From positions 4,745-68,744 of the IMG/VR virus record IMGVR_UViG_3300009184_000043: a stretch of 64,000 bases of DNA; one strand, given 5' to 3'. The position numbers and the translations under genes are program-made. The notes beneath the pieces were generated by a model. That model searched no databases, had not been told where the DNA came from, and saw only the letters and a program-made list of their open reading frames with translations. The stretch is from a virus. This document shows positions 55,833 to 64,000 of the stretch, in pieces (the stretch's first letter is position 1; each line of letters begins with the position of its first letter).

Positions 55833-56303
55833 ATGAGAGGCAAAATTATAATAGTTGGCCCTGGTGGATCAGGAAAGGATTACTTAAGAAAAAAAATGGT
55901 CAGCAGAGGATTTGAATACGGGGTTTCTTTTACAAGTAGACCACCTAGGGAAGGTGAAGAAGAAGGTGTCGATTATTATTATAGAGACGAGGATTTTTTC
56001 TCATTAAATTCAGATCTATTCCTAGAATTACAGGAATTTAATGGGTGGAAGTATGGAATATCAAAAGGAGAATTTTCAATAAAGAATCTTTTTATCCTTA
56101 GTCCTGCCGGTCTTAGAAGCTTGCCAAGTGATTTTAGAAATGATTCTTTTGTTATCTATTTGAATCCCGAAGAGGATGTTAGGGTTAAAAGATTACGAGA
56201 AAGAAATGATGCTGACAATGTGGAGAGAAGATTAATTGCCGACAGGAAGGATTTTTTTGATTTTTCCGATTATGATATAATGATAACCAATGAAAATTTT
56301 TAA
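55833..56303 (+). CDS. Guanylate kinase-like protein
   Basis: GPGGSGK, TSRPPREGEEEGVDYY. Confidence 0.88.
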   Translation: MRGKIIIVGPGGSGKDYLRKKMVSRGFEYGVSFTSRPPREGEEEGVDYYYRDEDFFSLNSDLFLELQEFNGWKYGISKGEFSIKNLFILSPAGLRSLPSDFRNDSFVIYLNPEEDVRVKRLRERNDADNVERRLIADRKDFFDFSDYDIMITNENF

Positions 56304-57139
56304 TCATTATATTCCCAAAGAAATCCACCGATTCTTTTAACTTCCCCCTTACAACATCTACATATATTCGAGGGACTGAATCCCAGTTCCATTTTTATAT
56401 CCTGAAAAGAATCCCATGTTTTAATTAGATCGCCATTAATTGATTTCTGATTAACCTTTCTAGCCCTTGGGTTATTCTTTCCTGTTTTTTTCTTCATATG
56501 ATGATCATCGCCTCTTTTAGCAGATAAGGACATTTTCATTCTGGTTTCTTCCGAATGGTTAGGCATTTTAAACTTATTTTTTAAATGCCCCTGTAATTTA
56601 TCAGATTCGTTTTTATATCTCCATTGGAATCCTCCTGCAGTTTTATATCTTCCTGTTAAAGCGGAAGAAATATTTTGCTTTATTATTCCTGTTTTTTCTG
56701 AAGCCTCTTTTACAGAATTATATTCTATAATTTCTAAACCATCTTTTATTTGTACAACAGGTTTACTGAGTACTTTTTTCCATTCAGGTTTATGTTTTAG
56801 TCCAGTTCCGCCAGTTCCACCATCGGTCATATTAGTAAGTGGACCTAGATTTTTATCCTTTCTTCCTATTTTTATTATTGTTTCAATCTCCTTTTCACAC
56901 GATTCAATATTTGTAAGACCTTCGTAAATTTTAAGAATTATCGGAAATCTACCAGATTTTATTATTGATGATATTTTAGTTACTTTATAAGATTTTTTTT
57001 TATCTCTTATACCACTAAAACATCTATGTCTAGTTCCCTTACCGACATAAAAAGGCTCAAATTCAAAAAATAGATCATCATATTGGTATTTTCCATTTTT
57101 TCTTGGATCTAAATAAACATAAACGTAGTATTCATTCAT
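56300..57139 (-). mobile_element. Free-standing GIY-YIG/NUMOD homing endonuclease
   Basis: YVYVYLDPR...FYVGKG, NMTDGG, HSEETR (NUMOD3), two NUMOD1-like domains; inverted relative to neighbours; GATATATA at 57158-57165 (minus). Confidence 0.82.
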
Positions 57140-57187
57140 ACCGAAACATAATATGTTTATATATCTATAATACAAAAAGTAATTCCC

Positions 57188-58318
57188 ATGATAACTGTCC
57201 TGTGTGATGGCAACTATATTTTCCATAAGACCTTTGGAATATTCTCGGGTTTTGGAAGTAAAAATCCAGGTGATGTATTATCATCAGAGGCGGAGAGAAA
57301 TATGTTTATGAGAAAGGTGATAACAGATTTATGTTATTCATTAAATCAAATACCAGAAATTAATCAAATAATCTTTTGTAAAGATTCAAGATCTTGGAGA
57401 AAAGATTATAAAATAACCCGTAGTGTCTATAAAGAAAGCAGGGTTAAGAGTGAAGGAGTTGACTGGGGATCTTTTTTTAAGCTCATGGACGAGTTTGGAG
57501 ATTTCTTAGAAGAAAACGGTTTTATCTATAGTTCTTATCAAGGAGCAGAGGGCGACGACTTAATTTGGGCATGGTGTGATTATTTAAAAGATTCAGATGA
57601 CTGTGTTATAGTTCTTAGCGGTGATAAGGATATGAACCAGCTGGTTGAATATAATGGTAAAACTTGGACTGGGATCTGGAATAGCAATTCTAAAAACAAT
57701 AAACTCGTAGTACACAACGATTGGAGTATAGAAGATAAAAAACAGCCAACTATATTTGATGTTACTCCAGTATCGGGATCTAATAATTCAAAAATAGAAA
57801 AACTTGTATCCTCTTGTATTGTGGAAAAAATAGATACGAAAGAATTTATTTTTAAGAAAATACTAATGGGAGATAAAAAAGACGATGTACCTGGTGTTTT
57901 TCCTTACCAAACCAAGAATGGTAAGAATTCAAATATTGCAGAGGGAAAATCACAAAAAATATGGGATTTATATCAACAATCACCCTGGGCGGAATATAAA
58001 TTGGAAGATATATGGCAGAATGAAGATTTTCTAGGTTGGCTAGCAGGTCTTTCTCTCAGACTTATATCTCAAACAGACAATAAAGAAAACAGAGATTTAT
58101 TCAAGCAGTTCTACGAAGAGAATGCAAGATTAGTTTGGCTTAATTCTGAATCTATACCACATAACATGGTGGAAGGATTAAAAAATCACGTTATAGAACT
58201 TAATGCTAAAGAAAAATCTCCAGTTTTAATTGATAAAAAAATAATGATCGAAAAATCACCATGGTATAAAGATACTACTCCACCTAGAGGATTCGATCCT
58301 TTTGATCTTTTTAAATAA
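57188..58318 (+). CDS. RNase H / 5'-3' exonuclease (T4 rnh-like)
   Basis: DGN, SWRK, YKESR, EGDD, SGDKD, GDKKDDVPG. Confidence 0.9.
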   Translation: MITVLCDGNYIFHKTFGIFSGFGSKNPGDVLSSEAERNMFMRKVITDLCYSLNQIPEINQIIFCKDSRSWRKDYKITRSVYKESRVKSEGVDWGSFFKLMDEFGDFLEENGFIYSSYQGAEGDDLIWAWCDYLKDSDDCVIVLSGDKDMNQLVEYNGKTWTGIWNSNSKNNKLVVHNDWSIEDKKQPTIFDVTPVSGSNNSKIEKLVSSCIVEKIDTKEFIFKKILMGDKKDDVPGVFPYQTKNGKNSNIAEGKSQKIWDLYQQSPWAEYKLEDIWQNEDFLGWLAGLSLRLISQTDNKENRDLFKQFYEENARLVWLNSESIPHNMVEGLKNHVIELNAKEKSPVLIDKKIMIEKSPWYKDTTPPRGFDPFDLFK

Positions 58319-58719
58319 TGGATAATCCTTTCGAAATAATTAAATCTTTTCACACGAAGAGTTGGGGGAAGGTAAGAGATAGAGATAAAGCAAGAAATCT
58401 CTTTATGATTAATCGAACATGCTCTATTGCATATCCATTACAGGCTAATTCTTTCAATAATATTAAAATCCAACCTGAAAAAGTAGTGGATTTCTGGAAA
58501 GTGTTCGTAACACATCATAATAAAAAAACTCCATCTTGGATTTGGACTAAAACTATAAAGAAAGAGAAGGAAAAATCGCAAGATAATTATAAGGAGGAAA
58601 TATTAGATTTTATCAAAGAAAAATATCAAATATCGAATAGGGAAATACAAGAAATGAAAGATTTTTTCCCATCTAAATTCAAACAATTCTATAAAGAGAT
58701 AGAAACTCTGCTCAGTTAG
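58318..58719 (+). CDS. Clamp loader small subunit (gp62-like)
   Basis: FMINR..S, W...K, IKEKYQIS..E pattern. Confidence 0.6.
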   Translation: MDNPFEIIKSFHTKSWGKVRDRDKARNLFMINRTCSIAYPLQANSFNNIKIQPEKVVDFWKVFVTHHNKKTPSWIWTKTIKKEKEKSQDNYKEEILDFIKEKYQISNREIQEMKDFFPSKFKQFYKEIETLLS

Positions 58720-58767
58720 GATTCATATTCCTAAGTCCGGATATATAAATAAACAAAATAGTCCGGA

Positions 58768-61293
<2,526 letters not shown>

Positions 61294-61361
61294 TTTTTCA
61301 TTAGAGGATAATATTTTTTAGAGATAAATACTAATGATAAAATAAGATAAAATTAAATTAA

Positions 61362-64000
61362 ATGGCCCAAATACCAGAACTACCTATAACAATGATCGCT
61401 TCCGTAAGGCCGGGATCAGTTATAGTTAGTAGCTTATATGAAAATAATGCAAGTGTGTGGGACAATTATCCTTCATCTTTTGATTGTATTTTAGATATAA
61501 TCCCCACACCAACTTCACAAGAGCCAAATTTCAACATAAACGGAAACGACCTTAAAGTTGGAATGTTTATTTTACAGCCCAACGGAAATGCTTATCTCAT
61601 CACTGGGATTTCTTCATCTAGCGATTTCGAGGCAACTGTAACATTAAAAGATATAGATCTTTATAATTTAGTAAGTGATTATACAGCAACAGGTAATAAT
61701 TATCCAGTAGAAGGAATAAATGGTGTAAGTTTTGAGGTTTCTGAAGACGGAGCTCCTATTACAGCTTTAATTGCAACTGCTTTAGCGCCTAATTTAGATG
61801 ATTCTGGATATTGGATAGATGATGCTTTAGCAAGATTTCAATATAGAAATATACTTAAAGCTAGTTATACTACATTTTATTCACCAAACCCATCATATAG
61901 TATTAACTCTGTAGGTGAAGTAGTTTATTTAGATTCTTATGGAGTTTTTACATTAGTTGATACAACAAATGCAGTTGAAGTAGAGAGAGCTTTTGGTGTT
62001 ATTACTTCATTAAACGAGCCGGAACAAGGAAATATAACAGTTAGACCCTTTGGTAGAATAGTAACAACGGATTTTTTACTTCCTGGCTCTATAGGAGAGG
62101 TATTATACTTTGATTCTAGCGCTTCACCGTCATTTGTAACGAACGTTAAACCCGCAGTTGGTGTTGTACCTGTCTATATTAAAATAAATGACTATACGGC
62201 TTCCTATTTGTATCCTGCACAAGGATCAGCATCTGGAACGTCAGGAAGTAACGGTACTAGTGGAAGCTCTGGATCATCGGGTCTTTCAGGTAACGATGGC
62301 GCTAATAGCGGAAGATGGCTATTTAACAGTACAAATACTGCTTGGAGTAATCCCGGAGGTACTGGTTTATTTTTATTAGATAATTCAAATTTAACACTTG
62401 TTCAAAAATTATCTATTAATTCAACAGCTTCTAATGGTTCTTCTTATTACAGCTGGCTTAATTCATTAAAAAATAGTTTAACCTCTGGATATACAGCAAT
62501 ATTACAGATAGCTAAAGTTGGAAATCCTTCAATAATTGCTATTTATGAAATATCTTCTATTACAGGCGGACCAGTTCTTTATGATTTTTCATTAAATTTT
62601 GTTAGTGGTTCCGGAACATTAGGCAATTTAGATGAATGTTCTATTTCTTATATTATAAACGGGAAAAATGGATCAAGCGGAACTTCAGGTTCATCTGGTT
62701 CGTCAGGATCTTCAGGGACATCAGGAACTTCGGGATCCGATGGATCTTCTGGAACATCTGGAACAGACGGATCTTCTGGAACATCAGGAACAGACGGATC
62801 TTCTGGAACATCAGGAATAGATGGATCTTCTGGAACATCTGGTACTAGCGGAATAGATGGATCTTCAGGTACTAGCGGAATAGATGGATCTTCAGGGACA
62901 TCAGGAACTTCGGGATCCGATGGATCTTCTGGAACATCAGGAACAGACGGATCTTCTGGAACATCAGGAATAGATGGATCTTCTGGAACATCTGGCACTA
63001 GCGGAATAGATGGATCTTCAGGTACTAGCGGAATAGATGGATCTTCAGGGACATCTGGAACTAGCGGAATAGATGGAACTAGTGGATCATCAGGTACTAG
63101 TGGAATAGATGGAACTAGTGGATCATCAGGAACATCAGGACTAAGTGGTGTAGACGGATCGTCAGGAACTAGTGGTAGTTCAGGATCATCAGGAACTAGC
63201 GGATCATCAGGAACTTCGGGATCATCGGGATCATCTGGAACTAGTGGTAGCTCAGGAACTTCAGGATCATCTGGAACTTCAGGATCATCTGGAACGAGCG
63301 GAGTAGATGGAACTTCGGGAACATCAGGATCAAGTGGAACATCAGGATCAAGTGGATCTTCAGGAACATCAGGATCAAGTGGAACATCAGGATCAAGTGG
63401 TTCATCAGGATCAAGTGGAACATCAGGAACATCAGGATCTAGTGGAACATCTGGATCTTCAGGAACATCAGGATCAAGTGGAACATCAGGATCATCAGGA
63501 TCAAGTGGAACATCAGGATCATCAGGATCTAGTGGATCATCAGGAACATCAGGTTCTTCGGGAACATCAGGATCTAGTGGTGTAGACGGATCTTCAGGAA
63601 CTAGTGGTAGTTCAGGATCATCTGGAACTAGTGGATCATCTGGAACAAGCGGATCATCTGGAACAAGTGGAGTGGACGGAACTTCGGGATCATCTGGATC
63701 GTCCGGATCGGCAGGAACTAGTGGTAGCTCAGGAACTTCAGGATCATCAGGAACAAGTGGAATAGATGGAACTAGTGGATCATCAGGAACAAGTGGAATA
63801 GATGGAACTAGTGGATCATCAGGAACTTCAGGAATAGATGGAACCAGTGGTTCTTCTGGAACTAGCGGGATAGATGGAACTAGTGGATCATCAGGAACTT
63901 CAGGAATAGATGGAACCAGTGGTTCTTCTGGAACTAGCGGGATAGATGGAACTAGTGGATCATCAGGAACAAGTGGAATAGATGGAACTAGTGGATCATC
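61362..64000 (+). CDS. Large fibre-like protein with Gly-Ser/Thr repeats, runs off the window end
   Basis: ATG 61362 (MAQIPELPITMIAS...); no stop seen before 64000; GATAAATA 61323. Confidence 0.8.
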   Translation, partial: MAQIPELPITMIASVRPGSVIVSSLYENNASVWDNYPSSFDCILDIIPTPTSQEPNFNINGNDLKVGMFILQPNGNAYLITGISSSSDFEATVTLKDIDLYNLVSDYTATGNNYPVEGINGVSFEVSEDGAPITALIATALAPNLDDSGYWIDDALARFQYRNILKASYTTFYSPNPSYSINSVGEVVYLDSYGVFTLVDTTNAVEVERAFGVITSLNEPEQGNITVRPFGRIVTTDFLLPGSIGEVLYFDSSASPSFVTNVKPAVGVVPVYIKINDYTASYLYPAQGSASGTSGSNGTSGSSGSSGLSGNDGANSGRWLFNSTNTAWSNPGGTGLFLLDNSNLTLVQKLSINSTASNGSSYYSWLNSLKNSLTSGYTAILQIAKVGNPSIIAIYEISSITGGPVLYDFSLNFVSGSGTLGNLDECSISYIINGKNGSSGTSGSSGSSGSSGTSGTSGSDGSSGTSGTDGSSGTSGTDGSSGTSGIDGSSGTSGTSGIDGSSGTSGIDGSSGTSGTSGSDGSSGTSGTDGSSGTSGIDGSSGTSGTSGIDGSSGTSGIDGSSGTSGTSGIDGTSGSSGTSGIDGTSGSSGTSGLSGVDGSSGTSGSSGSSGTSGSSGTSGSSGSSGTSGSSGTSGSSGTSGSSGTSGVDGTSGTSGSSGTSGSSGSSGTSGSSGTSGSSGSSGSSGTSGTSGSSGTSGSSGTSGSSGTSGSSGSSGTSGSSGSSGSSGTSGSSGTSGSSGVDGSSGTSGSSGSSGTSGSSGTSGSSGTSGVDGTSGSSGSSGSAGTSGSSGTSGSSGTSGIDGTSGSSGTSGIDGTSGSSGTSGIDGTSGSSGTSGIDGTSGSSGTSGIDGTSGSSGTSGIDGTSGSSGTSGIDGTSGS
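62669..64000 (+). repeat. Coding tandem repeat of 9-nt units (GSS/GTS/GID/GTD), with 27-nt and longer higher-order units
   Basis: GGATCTTCT-GGAACATCA-GGAATAGAT type units. Confidence 0.9.

Noticed and set aside
62669-64000. CRISPR-like or non-coding repeat array
   Set aside because: Repeats are in-frame 9-nt Gly-X-Y codon units without unique spacers.

Overview
AT-rich segment of a T4-like (myoviral) jumbo phage genome, standard code 11, probably infecting Bacteroidota (TAnnTTTG promoter boxes, A-rich starts without Shine-Dalgarno). The right part (20-64 kb) is core machinery: UvsX, helicase, gp46/47, neck, terminase, sheath, two tail tubes, two full-length portals, two sigma factors, ligase, clamp loader, RNase H and Gly-X-Y fibre proteins. 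The left part is an RNA-centred accessory region. Main discovery: 26 tRNA genes covering all 20 amino acids are split into three arrays. Each array is preceded by an unannotated leader-peptide ORF, a mutually exclusive antiterminator/terminator pair and a boxA-like site. Each leader is built from the codons read by its own downstream tRNAs, which points to codon-sensing transcription attenuators that release replacement tRNAs when host tRNAs run short. Second discovery: a Ro60/TROVE gene is preceded by three covarying structured RNAs, with a fourth copy inside tRNA array 3, probably a new Y RNA-like family. Also noted: a likely -1 frameshift coupled to the late sigma gene, a possible tail-chaperone frameshift, a dCMP-type hydroxymethylase, and a set of proteins with a T4-like capsid-targeting N-terminus. 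All calls come from reading the sequence by eye; no searches were run.
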